Made by a program: the position numbers and the translations under genes. A stretch of DNA of 64,000 nt from Candidatus Eiseniibacteriota bacterium (lineage in GTDB: Bacteria > Eisenbacteria > RBG-16-71-46), in assembly GCA_044223005.1 (NCBI GenBank), contig JBGAML010000017.1:46391-110390 (forward strand), read 5' to 3'. The notes below the pieces were generated by a model that saw only the letters and a program-made list of their open reading frames with translations, was not told where the DNA came from and did not search any database. This document shows positions 1 to 9,367 of this stretch, one piece after another (the stretch's first letter is position 1; each line of letters begins with the position of its first letter).

Positions 1-873
1 CGCGGCGGCCACCGCGGCCACACGGGCCGCGTCCGCCGGCTGCCCCACGATCATCTCATCCAGGCCACCCACCACGCGAGGCCGCGCCCCGAGCGCCCCG
101 ACCACGACCCGCAGCGACTCGATCCGCTCGCGCGCACCGCGGGACGCGACCGCGACCGACAGCATGGGGAAATCGATGGCGCCGCGCGGCCGCAGCTTGC
201 GATAGGCCTGACGCATGCCGCGCGCCGCCGCCGGGATCCGGATGCGCGTGACCAGTTCCTCCGGCCGGAGCACGTTGTTGTGCACGCCGTCGCCGACGAA
301 GAACGCGTCCACGTCGAGCCAGCGCCGGCCCGCGGCGGAGGCGATCTCGACCTCCGCGCCCAGCGCGATCAGCACCGGAGCCACGTCGGACGAGTGCGCG
401 GCGACGCAGCGCTTGCCCTGCGGCACCACGTGACAGCGCGTGCCGTCCTTCTTGAGGCAGAAGCCGAGCGCCTCGCGCCAGAAGTACGTCTGGTTGTAGT
501 ACGTGCAGCGCGTGTCGAGGCAGAGGTTGCCGCCCAGCGTGCCCATCGCGCGGATCTGCGGCGAGGCCACGAGCGCCGCCGCGGTCGCGATCGCCGGGTG
601 TGCCGCGCGTACGCGCGCATCGGCGGCGAGCTCGCGCAGCGTGGTGCCCGCGCCCAGCTCGAGCGCACCGTCCACCTCGCGCACGCCGCGCAGTTCGGCG
701 AGGCGCGCGAGGTGCACGATGCGCTTCGGCTCGTGCAGCCGGTGCTTGAGGTTCGGGACCGCGTCGGTGCCGCCCGCGACCACGAGGCACTCGCCCGGAT
801 GCTCGGCGAGCAGGCGCAGCGCCGCGTCCAGCGTCGCCGGCGCCTCCCACGCGAAGCGCGGCAGCGTCAGCAT
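1..873 (-). CDS. hcrB: 4-hydroxybenzoyl-CoA reductase beta-like FAD subunit (xanthine dehydrogenase family), 3' end outside window
   Basis: Absent from ORF track (no stop in window). Manual translation: MLTLPRFAWEAP...AGGTD...IRAMGTLGGNLCLDTRCTYYNQTYFWREALGFCLKKDGTRCHVVPQGKRC, i.e. FAD motifs plus the Cys-rich [4Fe-4S] insert. ATG overlaps the hcrA 3' end (ATGCTGA). Confidence 0.85.
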   Translation of the reverse strand, partial: MLTLPRFAWEAPATLDAALRLLAEHPGECLVVAGGTDAVPNLKHRLHEPKRIVHLARLAELRGVREVDGALELGAGTTLRELAADARVRAAHPAIATAAALVASPQIRAMGTLGGNLCLDTRCTYYNQTYFWREALGFCLKKDGTRCHVVPQGKRCVAAHSSDVAPVLIALGAEVEIASAAGRRWLDVDAFFVGDGVHNNVLRPEELVTRIRIPAAARGMRQAYRKLRPRGAIDFPMLSVAVASRGARERIESLRVVVGALGARPRVVGGLDEMIVGQPADAARVAAVAAA

Positions 874-3344
874 CGCGCCGCTCCCTGCGCCGCACGCGCC
901 CGCTCCCACGCGGCGCGGGCGTCGCCGGCCCGCAGCAGCGCGAGCACGCGCGGCGGCGAGAACGGCAGCCGGTCGCAGCGGATCCCGAGCGCGTCGTGGA
1001 TGGCGTTCGCGATCGCGGGCACGCTCGGGTGCAGCGGCCCCTCGCCCGCCTCCTTCGCGCCGTAGGGACCTTCGGGGTCGATCGATTCCACGATGCGCGA
1101 GTGCAGCGCCGGCGAATCGAGCGCGGTCGGCATGCGGTAGTCGAGCAGCGAGGGCCCGTGGTGCAGGCCGAACCCGTGGCCCGGCGCCGCCGGCTTGTAG
1201 ACCTGCTCCTCGAACAGCGCCTCCGCGAAGCCCATCCAGGCGCTGCCCTCCATCTGCCCCTCGACCGTCACCGGGTTGAGCGCGCGGCCGCAGTCGTGCG
1301 CGACCCAGATCGAGTTCACGCGCACGAACCCGGTCTCGGGATCGCAGTCCACCTCCGCGACGTGCGCGGTGAACGAGTACGTGGGCGAAGCGCCGATCGT
1401 GCCGCCTCGGTAGTCGCCGCCCAGCTTGGGCGACTGGTACCAGCCGGTCGAGCCCAGCGTGCCGTAGCGCGACTCGGCGAGCTGGAACGCCTCCTTCACG
1501 CTCATGGCGTGGCGCTGCGGATCGCTCGTCGCGCAGGCCACGCCGCGCGCCAGCACGATCTCGCCCTTCGGCACGCCCCAGTGCGCGGCGAGCGCCTCGG
1601 CAACCTGCTCGCGCAGGCGGCGCGCCGCGTCGAGGCAGGCATTGCCGACCATGAACGTCTCGCGGCTCGAGTACGAGCCCAGGTCCACCGGCGTCAGGTC
1701 GGTGTCCGCGGCGACCACGCGCACGTCGCGCAGGTCGAGCCCCAGCTCCTCGCAGGTGATCCACGCCAGTACGGAGTCCACACCCTGGCCGATGTCGCTG
1801 CAGCCGCAGAACACCGTGGCGCGGCCGCTGCGGTCGAGCTTGAGCTGCACGCCCGCCTGCGGCATCTCGTTCGGGTAGATGCAGTAGTTGGTGCCGCTGA
1901 TGTACGTGCTGCCCGCGACGCCGATGCCGCGGCCGTACGGCAGCCGGCGGAACTTCTCGCGCCAGCCGCTCGCACGCTCGACCTGCTCGAGGCACTCGCG
2001 GAAGCCGTTCGACGTGACGCGCATGCCGTTCACGGTCCGCGTGTCCGCGCCGAGCGCATTGCGGCGGCGCACCTCGATCGGATCCAGCCCCACGGCCTCG
2101 GCGAGCTTGTCCAGTTGGCACTCGAACGCGAACCGCGGCTGCACCGAGCCGTGCCCGCGCTTGGGCCCGCAGGCCGGCTTGTTCGTGAACACACGCGTCG
2201 AGTCGAACCGGTAGGCCGGGAACTCGTACGGTGCCGTGAGCAGCTGGCCCGAGTAGTACGTGGTCACGAGCCCGAACGAGCTGTACGCGCCGCCGTCCAG
2301 TTGCACGACCGCGTCCGTGCCCGTCAACTTGCCGTCGCGGTTCATGCCGGTGCGGTAGCGCAGGCGCATCGGGTGGCGCCCGCGGTGCGCGTAGAACACT
2401 TCCTCGCGCGTGTAGAGGATCTTCACCGGCCGCCCGGTCACCATGGCCAGCTTCGCCGCGCAGAACTCGAGCGAGAACGGTTCGCTCTTGCCCCCGAACG
2501 CGCCGCCCACGACCGGCTGGATCACGCGGATCCGCTGCGTCGGCAACTCGAGCACCTTGGCGAGATCGCGATGCAGGTAGTGCGCGACCTGCGTGCTCGA
2601 CCACACGGTGAGGAAGCCCGTCGCGTCGTACTCGGCGACGCAGCAGTGCGGCTCGATCGGCGCGTGCGTGGAGCCCTCGTACCAGTAGTCGCCCTCGATC
2701 ACCACGTCGCTGTTGGCGAGCGCCGCGTCGACCGGGCCGAACTCGAGGCGCACCTGCTTGCTGATGTTGCCCTCGGCCGCCTTCTCGTTCACCTGCCACT
2801 CGGGGTGCGCCAGCGCCTCGTCGATGTCGGTCACCGCCGGCAGCGGCTCGTACTCGACGCGGATCGCGCGCAGCGCGTCTTCGGCCGTGCGCTCGTCGTC
2901 CGCGGCCACGGCCGCGATCGCATCGCCGACGTAGCGCGCCTTATCGGTGCACAACGCCTGCTCGTCCTGCGTCCACGGGATGATGCCGAAGTATTCCGGC
3001 ATGTCCTTCCCCGTCACCACCGCGTGCACGCCGGGCATCGCCAGCGCCGCGCTCGCGTCGATCGCGCGGATGCGCGCGTGCGCGTGGAGCGAGCGCAGGA
3101 GCTTGGCGTGCAGCATGCGTGGCAGCACGAGGTCGTCGGCGTAGACCGCGCGGCCCGTGACCTTCGCGAGCCCCTCGACCTTGCGGTTGCGCTGCCCCAC
3201 CACGTGGAACGCGTCGCCGTTGGGCGGGCCCGTGCGGCCGCGCTCCCACGCGGGCGGCACCAGGCGCTGCTCGCTCGGCATGCTGCGGCCGGTCGGGACC
3301 TGCATGCCCGCCGGACGGGCCGCCTTGTCGCGCGGCTCGCTCAC
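867..3344 (-). CDS. hcrA: Molybdopterin-binding large subunit, 4-hydroxybenzoyl-CoA reductase alpha-like
   Basis: VGGAFGGK, KRGHG, DIGQG, GSYSSR and GAKEAGE motifs. GTG start overlaps the hcrC TGA (GTGA). Confidence 0.85.
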   Translation of the reverse strand: MSEPRDKAARPAGMQVPTGRSMPSEQRLVPPAWERGRTGPPNGDAFHVVGQRNRKVEGLAKVTGRAVYADDLVLPRMLHAKLLRSLHAHARIRAIDASAALAMPGVHAVVTGKDMPEYFGIIPWTQDEQALCTDKARYVGDAIAAVAADDERTAEDALRAIRVEYEPLPAVTDIDEALAHPEWQVNEKAAEGNISKQVRLEFGPVDAALANSDVVIEGDYWYEGSTHAPIEPHCCVAEYDATGFLTVWSSTQVAHYLHRDLAKVLELPTQRIRVIQPVVGGAFGGKSEPFSLEFCAAKLAMVTGRPVKILYTREEVFYAHRGRHPMRLRYRTGMNRDGKLTGTDAVVQLDGGAYSSFGLVTTYYSGQLLTAPYEFPAYRFDSTRVFTNKPACGPKRGHGSVQPRFAFECQLDKLAEAVGLDPIEVRRRNALGADTRTVNGMRVTSNGFRECLEQVERASGWREKFRRLPYGRGIGVAGSTYISGTNYCIYPNEMPQAGVQLKLDRSGRATVFCGCSDIGQGVDSVLAWITCEELGLDLRDVRVVAADTDLTPVDLGSYSSRETFMVGNACLDAARRLREQVAEALAAHWGVPKGEIVLARGVACATSDPQRHAMSVKEAFQLAESRYGTLGSTGWYQSPKLGGDYRGGTIGASPTYSFTAHVAEVDCDPETGFVRVNSIWVAHDCGRALNPVTVEGQMEGSAWMGFAEALFEEQVYKPAAPGHGFGLHHGPSLLDYRMPTALDSPALHSRIVESIDPEGPYGAKEAGEGPLHPSVPAIANAIHDALGIRCDRLPFSPPRVLALLRAGDARAAWERARAAQGAARC

Positions 3345-3829
3345 GCGCCGCCCCGCCGCTCGCGCGCCGCGAGCTCCACGGCATCGAGGATCTTCTCGTA
3401 GCCCGTGCACCGGCACAGGTTGCCCGAGAGCGCGTGCGCGATCTCGGCGCGCGTCGGGGACGGCGTGCGTTCGAGCAGCGCGACGGCGCTCATGAGCATG
3501 CCCGGCGTGCAGAAGCCGCACTGCGCGCCGCCCGTGCGATCGAAGGCGTCCTGCAGCGGATGCGGGCGGCCCGGGGACGCGAGCCCCTCCACGGTCGTCA
3601 CCGCCCGGCCGGCACACGCCAGCGCCAGCGTGAGGCACGCGAGCACCGGCTGGCCGTCGAGCAGCACCGTGCAGGCGCCGCAGTCTCCCTTGTCGCAGCC
3701 CTGCTTGCTGCCCGTGAGCCCGAGGCGATAGCGCAGCAGCTCGAGCAGCGTCGTGGCGGGCTCGACCGCACACTCGCGGGCGTCGCCGTTCACGGTGAGC
3801 CTGCAGGGCACCGTCGACGTGTCGTCCAA
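3341..3829 (-). CDS. hcrC: 2x[2Fe-2S] small subunit (HcrC/CoxS family)
   Basis: GCDKGDCGACTV, QCGFCTPG and GNLCRCTGY. TTG start after GGAGGGAG RBS. Confidence 0.88.
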   Translation of the reverse strand: MDDTSTVPCRLTVNGDARECAVEPATTLLELLRYRLGLTGSKQGCDKGDCGACTVLLDGQPVLACLTLALACAGRAVTTVEGLASPGRPHPLQDAFDRTGGAQCGFCTPGMLMSAVALLERTPSPTRAEIAHALSGNLCRCTGYEKILDAVELAARERRGGA

Positions 3830-3874
3830 GCACTCCCTCCGGGGGCAACGCGTTGCGTGCGGCGCCAGGGGCGG

Positions 3875-3903
3875 ATTGAAGCCCGGGACCGCGCGGGTGT
3901 CAA
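3875..3903 (-). promoter_or_regulatory. sigma70-type promoter of hcrCAB
   Basis: TTGACA-17 bp-TTCAAT on the minus strand. Confidence 0.55.
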
Positions 3904-3941
3904 CGCCGCGACGGGCGCGGCCCGAGCGGCCCCGCGCCGTC

Positions 3942-3970
3942 TTGCCGCCCATCGGGAGGGCGTGCATCAT
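3942..3970 (+). promoter_or_regulatory. sigma70-type promoter of the FAD oxidoreductase, likely leaderless
   Basis: TTGCCG-17 bp-CATCAT, then 6 nt to the ATG at 3977. Confidence 0.45.
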
Positions 3971-3976
3971 GCCGGC

Positions 3977-5227
3977 ATGAACGAGTCCCCGAGCCTGACG
4001 ACGCCCCTCTGGTGGGCGAATCCCACGCCGGCCTTCCCGGCGCTGCAGAACGACTCCGACGCCGAGGTCATCATCGTGGGCGGCGGCATCACCGGCATCA
4101 CGCTCGCCTGGACGCTCGCCGAGCAGGGCTCGGCCGTGGTCGTGCTCGACGCCGGCAACATCGCGGGCGAGGCCAGCGGGCGCAACGCGGGCTTCCTGCT
4201 CGCCGCGCCGGCCGAGCCCTACGCCGAGCGGATCGCCATCTGGGGCCGCGAAGGCGCGCGCGCCGTGCTGCAGATCGGCCGCCGCTCGCACCAGCGGATC
4301 CGCCAGCTCGTCCAGAACCTGCCGATCGACTGCGACTACCGCCAGGCCGGATCGCTGCGGCTGACGCGCACGGCCGAGGAGAGCGAAGACCTGCGCAGCT
4401 CGCTGCTCGAGCTGCGTCACGACGGCTTCCCGATGCGCGAGATCCCGGTGACCGAGGCGGTCCCCGCGCACGCCGCCGATTCGTTCGACGCCGCGTTCGA
4501 GGTGCCCGAGGATGGCGAGCTGCACCCGGTGCGGTTCCTGCACGGGCTCGCGCAGGACGCGATCCGCAAGGGCGCTCGCATCCACGCGAACTCCGCGGTG
4601 CAGGCCGCGCGCTGGCAGGGCGGGCTGTGGGAAGTGCAATGCAACCACCGCGCCGTACGCGCGCGCACGCTCGTGCTCGCGACCAACGCATTCACGCCGC
4701 GGCTGCTGCCCAATCTCGGCGCGCTGATCGTGCCGCGGCGCGGCCAGATGCTCGCCACCGAACCGCTCGGCGAGTCGATCGTGAAGCTGCCGACCTACGC
4801 GCACTGGGGCTACCACTACTGGCGGCAGACGCCCGACACGCGACTCGTGATCGGCGGCTGGCGGGAACTGGACTTCGAGTCGGAGAGCACGTCGGAGAAC
4901 GTCACCTCGCCCGCGATCCAGCAGGCGATCGAGGGCGGGCTCGCGACGCTGGTCGGCCGCAGCGTGAAGGTGGAACACCGCTGGGCGGGCATCATGGGCT
5001 TCGCGCGTGACGGCCGGCCGCTCGTCGGCTGGCTGGACCCCTCGCACCACCTCGCCATCTGCGCCGGCTTCACCGGCCACGGCATGGGGCTCGCCGCCGC
5101 GTGCACGCAGGACCTCGCCGAACTCCTGGCGTGGAAGCGCGCCGCCGGCATCAGCACGTTCGATCCGCTGCGATTCCCCGAGCTGCGCCAGTCGCGCGAG
5201 GGCATCGTGGCGCTCGGCGTGCACTGA
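3977..5227 (+). CDS. FAD-dependent oxidoreductase, DadA/PuuB (glycine/D-amino-acid oxidase) family
   Basis: IIVGGGITG, ASGRNAG, RRGQML, WAGIMG and GFTGHG motifs. Confidence 0.85.
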   Translation: MNESPSLTTPLWWANPTPAFPALQNDSDAEVIIVGGGITGITLAWTLAEQGSAVVVLDAGNIAGEASGRNAGFLLAAPAEPYAERIAIWGREGARAVLQIGRRSHQRIRQLVQNLPIDCDYRQAGSLRLTRTAEESEDLRSSLLELRHDGFPMREIPVTEAVPAHAADSFDAAFEVPEDGELHPVRFLHGLAQDAIRKGARIHANSAVQAARWQGGLWEVQCNHRAVRARTLVLATNAFTPRLLPNLGALIVPRRGQMLATEPLGESIVKLPTYAHWGYHYWRQTPDTRLVIGGWRELDFESESTSENVTSPAIQQAIEGGLATLVGRSVKVEHRWAGIMGFARDGRPLVGWLDPSHHLAICAGFTGHGMGLAAACTQDLAELLAWKRAAGISTFDPLRFPELRQSREGIVALGVH

Positions 5228-5248
5228 CGCTCGGCCGCAGCGTTCGGT

Positions 5249-6019
5249 TCAGGCGAGGCCGTGCCGCTCGAGCGTCGCCGCGTCGGAAAGCAGCGAGCGC
5301 GTCGGGCGGTCGGCCACGATCGCGCCGCCATCGAGCACGATCGACCGCGGGCAGAGCCGCTCCGCGAACGCGAGATCGTGCGTGGCGACGACCATCGTCG
5401 CGGGCAGGCCCGCGAGCAATGCGGCCAGCTCGCGGCGGCCGCGCGGATCGAGATCGCTGGTCGGCTCGTCGAGCAGCAGCAGGCCCGGCTCGCAGGCGAG
5501 CACTCCCGCGAGGCACGCGCGGCGCTTCTCGCCGGCCGACAGGTGGTGTGGCGCGCGCGCCTCGTAGCCTTCGAGTCGCACGGCGGCGAGCGCGCGGCGC
5601 ACCGAGTCGTCGACGCGATCGGGGCTCCAGCCCCGGGCTCGCGGCCCGAAGCCGACGTCCTCCTCCACGGTGAGGGAGAACAGCTGGTCGTCCGGGTCGC
5701 TGAACACGATGCCGACGCGCTCGCGCACCGCACGCGGCCGGAGCGGATCCACGAGCTCGCCATCGACGTGGATCGAGCCGGGCACGCCGTGCCCGTGCGC
5801 CGCGTCCCGGTGCCCGTGCTCGTGCACGTAGCGGTGGCGCTCGGGCAGCAGGCCCGCGAGGTGAAGCAGCAGTGTCGACTTGCCCGCGCCGTTGGGCCCG
5901 AGGAGCGCCACGCGCTCACCCGGGAGAATCGTGAGGTCGAGAGCGCGCAGCGCCGGCGTGCCGTCCGGATAGTGGTAGGCCCGGCCGCGGACCTCGATCG
6001 CCACCGGCCTGGCACTCAC
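5249..6019 (-). CDS. cbiO: ECF Ni/Co transporter ATPase (CbiO/NikO) with His-rich insert
   Basis: GPNGAGKST, PDDQLF, LSAGEK and LLLLDEP. GTG overlaps the cbiQ stop. Confidence 0.88.
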   Translation of the reverse strand: MSARPVAIEVRGRAYHYPDGTPALRALDLTILPGERVALLGPNGAGKSTLLLHLAGLLPERHRYVHEHGHRDAAHGHGVPGSIHVDGELVDPLRPRAVRERVGIVFSDPDDQLFSLTVEEDVGFGPRARGWSPDRVDDSVRRALAAVRLEGYEARAPHHLSAGEKRRACLAGVLACEPGLLLLDEPTSDLDPRGRRELAALLAGLPATMVVATHDLAFAERLCPRSIVLDGGAIVADRPTRSLLSDAATLERHGLA

Positions 6020-6651
6020 GCGTCGATCCCCCGGGCGCGGCGCGCTCGGTCCAGCGACTCGGCACGCTCGAGCGAGCGCAGCAGCAGCGCCGCCACGAGC
6101 CGCCCGTAACCGCGCACGGTCTCGCGCGGCGCACGCACGAGCGGCGCCCACGCGCCGCCGCCGGCGCGGCGCGCGGCGCGAGCGCGCAGCATGGCGCGGA
6201 CCTGGCGTGCGACGTGGTCGAGACTCGCCAGCGCGGACGCGCTCACGTCCCGGAAACGCGCCGGTACTCCCAGCCGCGCCATCGCCGCGAGCAGGCCGCG
6301 CGCGCCGAGCCACTCCGCCGTGGCGGCGGCGACGGCCGTCGCCGCCAGCGCACGCGCCACCAGTGCGGCGAGCAGCATTCCGGCGCGGTCCCGCGGCGCG
6401 AACCACGCCGCGGGCAGGGCCAGCAGCGTCACGAACGGCAGGAGCCAGGCGATGCGTGCGAGCGCGGGGACGGGCCGTACACCGCTGCGCGCGAACACCA
6501 GCAGGGCGAGCAGCAGCAGCAGCGCCCACAGCACCCAGGACGACACCGGAATGTCCCCGCCCCGCAGTCCCGCGGGCGCAAGCGCCGCCGCGAACACGGC
6601 CGCGGCGCCCACGAGCAGCGCGAACGCCGCGCGCTCAGGAGTGCGGGACAT
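6016..6651 (-). CDS. cbiQ: ECF transporter T component (CbiQ/NikQ)
   Basis: Hydrophobic protein ending LLLRSLERAESLDRARRARG, located between cbiM and cbiO. Confidence 0.78.
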   Translation of the reverse strand: MSRTPERAAFALLVGAAAVFAAALAPAGLRGGDIPVSSWVLWALLLLLALLVFARSGVRPVPALARIAWLLPFVTLLALPAAWFAPRDRAGMLLAALVARALAATAVAAATAEWLGARGLLAAMARLGVPARFRDVSASALASLDHVARQVRAMLRARAARRAGGGAWAPLVRAPRETVRGYGRLVAALLLRSLERAESLDRARRARGIDA

Positions 6652-7576
6652 GCTCCCCTCGCGAGAGCCCGCGCGCGGCGAGCCACGCGACGAGTGCGGC
6701 GGCGCCAGTGCCCGCGATGCCCGCGGCGAGCGGCGCCCATCGCCCCAGAAGGGCGCGAACCCGCTCGAGGTCTTCGATGGGCCCCTGCACGACAGGACGT
6801 TCGTGACCGGCGAACCCGAGAACGTTCGCGGTGTGCTCGAGTCCGTCCGGCAGGCGGCTGGCGAATGGCGCAAGGAACGCCGCGACCACCAGTGCCACAC
6901 CGAACACGCCGGCGGCGAACACCACCGGACTCGCCGCGGGACGGCCGCCCGCCGCCTGAACGAGGTCGGGACGCCAGCGCAGGATCGTCGCGAGCACGGC
7001 GCCCGTCAGCGCGCCCTCGAGCACCCCGATCGCCGCGTGCGTCACGAGCATGAGCGGCAGGATGCCGGACAGCGGGTAGAGCCCCGAAGCCGACAGCCAG
7101 ATCGCCACCATCACGGCGCCGCAGACGGTCGCCACGAAGGCACCCACCACCGAGCCCGCGACGATGCCCCGGTGCCCGCGGACGGCGCGCGCGATCGCGC
7201 CCGCCACGGCTGCGCCCACGAGCGCGCCAGCGACTCCCATGTCGAGCAGGTTGGCCCCGAAAGCCGTGAGGCCACCGTCCTGCATGAGCAGCGCCTGCAA
7301 CGCCAGCACCACGCCCATCACGATCGTCGCGCGCGCCGGCCCCACGACCAGGGCCACGAGCGTCGCGCCCACGAGGTGGCCGCTGGTCCCCGGGGCCACG
7401 GGCACGTTCACCATCTGGGCCGCGAAGACGAAGGCCGCCAGCGCCCCGAGCACGCCTGCGCTGGCGCGCTCGCGGTCGCCGCGTTCCGCCCGCAGCGCGG
7501 CCGCCAGCGCACCGCCTCCGGCCAGCCACGTCGCACCGGCGACCGGAACGCTCAGGAATCCATCGGGGATGTGCAT
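6635..7576 (-). CDS. nikMN: ECF S component, CbiM/NikMN fusion with PDGLE domain
   Basis: N-terminal MHIPDGFL, GTSGHLVG, and C-terminal PFASRLPDGLE. Confidence 0.85.
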   Translation of the reverse strand: MHIPDGFLSVPVAGATWLAGGGALAAALRAERGDRERASAGVLGALAAFVFAAQMVNVPVAPGTSGHLVGATLVALVVGPARATIVMGVVLALQALLMQDGGLTAFGANLLDMGVAGALVGAAVAGAIARAVRGHRGIVAGSVVGAFVATVCGAVMVAIWLSASGLYPLSGILPLMLVTHAAIGVLEGALTGAVLATILRWRPDLVQAAGGRPAASPVVFAAGVFGVALVVAAFLAPFASRLPDGLEHTANVLGFAGHERPVVQGPIEDLERVRALLGRWAPLAAGIAGTGAAALVAWLAARGLSRGEHVPHS

Positions 7577-7613
7577 GGCCTCCGTCCAGGGCGAGAAGAC
7601 GTTCGCAGGCGGC

Positions 7614-7622
7614 AGCATAGCA
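7614..7622 (-). promoter_or_regulatory. Extended -10 element for nikMN
   Basis: TGcTATGCT about 37 nt upstream of the ATG. Confidence 0.4.
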
Positions 7623-7650
7623 GGCTGCGCATCCTCGGCGGGCCGCCGGC

Positions 7651-7697
7651 TTGACGCACCGGCGAGGACGGTTCTATTGTGAACGTACGTTCACAAT
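7651..7697 (+). promoter_or_regulatory. tetR promoter with overlapping perfect 22-bp operator
   Basis: TTGACG-18 bp-TATTGT. Palindrome ATTGTGAACGTACGTTCACAAT at 7676-7697. Confidence 0.8.
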
Positions 7698-7721
7698 GCA
7701 GCCGACACCCCGGATGCGACG

Positions 7722-8375
7722 ATGCCCCGACCCAAGATCGAGACCGCGATCCGCCGCGAACAGATCGCCGAGGCCACGCTGGCGCTCGTGGCCGAGGGCG
7801 GCTTCAAGCGGCTCGGGGTCGCCGCGGTGGCGCGCCGCGTCGGGATCTCGCCCGCCGCGCTCTACCGCCACTACCCCGGCAAGGACGCCATCCTCGACGC
7901 CGTGCTCGAGCGCATGCGCGACCGGATGCGGGGCATCGTCGCCCGCGCGGCGGCCGGCCCGGGCGACGCGGTGGCCGCGCTGCGCCGGCTGCACGCGCTG
8001 CACATGGCGCTCGTGCGGCAGGACCGCGACTTCTTCCCCACGCTGATCTCCAGTTCCTTCCAGGACGGCGGCCCCGAGCGCGGCATGCGCGTGTACGACT
8101 TCGTCTCGGCCTACCTCGACGAGGTCGGCGCGGTCGTCCGCCGCGGACAGAAGGAAGGCTCGATCCGCGGCGACGTCGCGCCGCGCACCGTCGCGCTGAT
8201 GTTCTTCGGCGCCGTCCAGCCCTCCGCGATGCTGTGGGTGTTCAGCCGCGGCGCGCACGACACCCGCCGCCATGCCCGCGAGGCGTGGACGCTCTTCGAA
8301 CAGACCCTTCGCCCGGCCGCGACGGCGCGCCCGCGCGCATCGGCCACCGCACGCCGAACCCGGAGAACCGCATGA
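7722..8375 (+). CDS. TetR/AcrR family regulator
   Basis: HTH region VAAVARRVGISPAALYRHYPGKDAIL. Confidence 0.92.
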   Translation: MPRPKIETAIRREQIAEATLALVAEGGFKRLGVAAVARRVGISPAALYRHYPGKDAILDAVLERMRDRMRGIVARAAAGPGDAVAALRRLHALHMALVRQDRDFFPTLISSSFQDGGPERGMRVYDFVSAYLDEVGAVVRRGQKEGSIRGDVAPRTVALMFFGAVQPSAMLWVFSRGAHDTRRHAREAWTLFEQTLRPAATARPRASATARRTRRTA

Positions 8376-9367
8376 AGCCCAACCCGCGCATCGTCGTCCC
8401 GGTCCTGGCCATCGCCACGATCGCGATCGTGACCACCGTGGTGATCCGCGGCCGCGCCGACCGCGACCATCTCGCGGCGTCGGGCACGCTCGAGGCCACC
8501 GAGGCCCAGCTGGGTTTCCTCGTCCCCGGCCGGCTCACGTCCGTCTCCGCCCACGAGGGCGACACCGTCGCCACGGGCGCAATGCTCGGCACGCTCGACA
8601 CGCTCGAGGCGGCCGCGCGCACGCGGCAGGCCGCCGCGCAGCGCGACGCCGCCGCCGCGCTGCTGCTCGAGATGCAGCGCGGCGCCCGTCCCGAGGAACT
8701 GCAGCAGGCCCGGGCGGCGCGCGCCGCGGCCCAGCAGCGTCTCACCGACGCGCAACAGGATTTCGACCGCGCCGAGCCGCTCATCCGGCGCCAGGTGATC
8801 AGCCAGCAGTCCTACGACAAGTCGAAGACCGCGCTCGACGTGGCGAAGAGCCAGTTCCAGCAGGCCGACGACGCGTACCGGCTCGTGGAGAAGGGCCCGC
8901 GCACCGAACGCATCGCCGCGCAGCGCGCGCAGGTCGCCACCGCCGAGGCCGCGCTCGCGGCGGCGCAGGTCCAGCTCGCCAACATGACGATCCGTGCGCC
9001 CTTCCCCGGCGTCGTCACCGTCCGGCACCACGAGCCCGGCGAGATCGTCGCGGCCGGCTCGCCCGTCGTGTCGCTCATGAACCGCGACGACCGCTGGGTG
9101 AAGATCTACGTGAGCGAGGCGCGCATCGCCGCGGTGCGCACGGGACAGCACGCGCGCATCACCTGCGACACGTTCCGCGACCGGCACTACGACGGCACCG
9201 TGACCTACGTGAGCAGCACCGCCGAGTTCACGCCCAAGAACGTGCAGACGACCGAGGACCGCGTGCGGCTCGTGTACGCGGTGAAGGTCCGCGTGAGCGG
9301 CGACGCGAACTTCGACCTCAAGCCGGGCATGCCGGCGGACGTCGTGCTGGACACGGCCACGCGATGA
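8372..9367 (+). CDS. HlyD/YbhG-like membrane fusion protein
   Basis: N-terminal TM anchor, ASGTLEA, coiled coil, AEFTPKNVQT and LKPGMPADV. ATGA overlap with tetR. Confidence 0.9.
   Translation: MKPNPRIVVPVLAIATIAIVTTVVIRGRADRDHLAASGTLEATEAQLGFLVPGRLTSVSAHEGDTVATGAMLGTLDTLEAAARTRQAAAQRDAAAALLLEMQRGARPEELQQARAARAAAQQRLTDAQQDFDRAEPLIRRQVISQQSYDKSKTALDVAKSQFQQADDAYRLVEKGPRTERIAAQRAQVATAEAALAAAQVQLANMTIRAPFPGVVTVRHHEPGEIVAAGSPVVSLMNRDDRWVKIYVSEARIAAVRTGQHARITCDTFRDRHYDGTVTYVSSTAEFTPKNVQTTEDRVRLVYAVKVRVSGDANFDLKPGMPADVVLDTATR

Noticed and set aside
996..3401. Long antisense ORFs (also 20599-23322, 29969-34453, 35049-37583, 46649-49024, 48922-51162, 52386-54404)
   Set aside because: Shadow frames of real genes caused by extreme GC3 bias; Arg/Ala-rich with no recognisable motifs.
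7577..7650. Cobalamin or NiCo riboswitch upstream of nikMN/cbiM
   Set aside because: The leader is too short (about 30 nt from the predicted TSS) and has no B12 box; the gap before the second cbiM is only 36 nt.
7676..7697. CRP or Rex site
   Set aside because: The half-sites match, but spacing is TGTGA-N8-TCACA rather than N6; the adjacent TetR is the simpler explanation.
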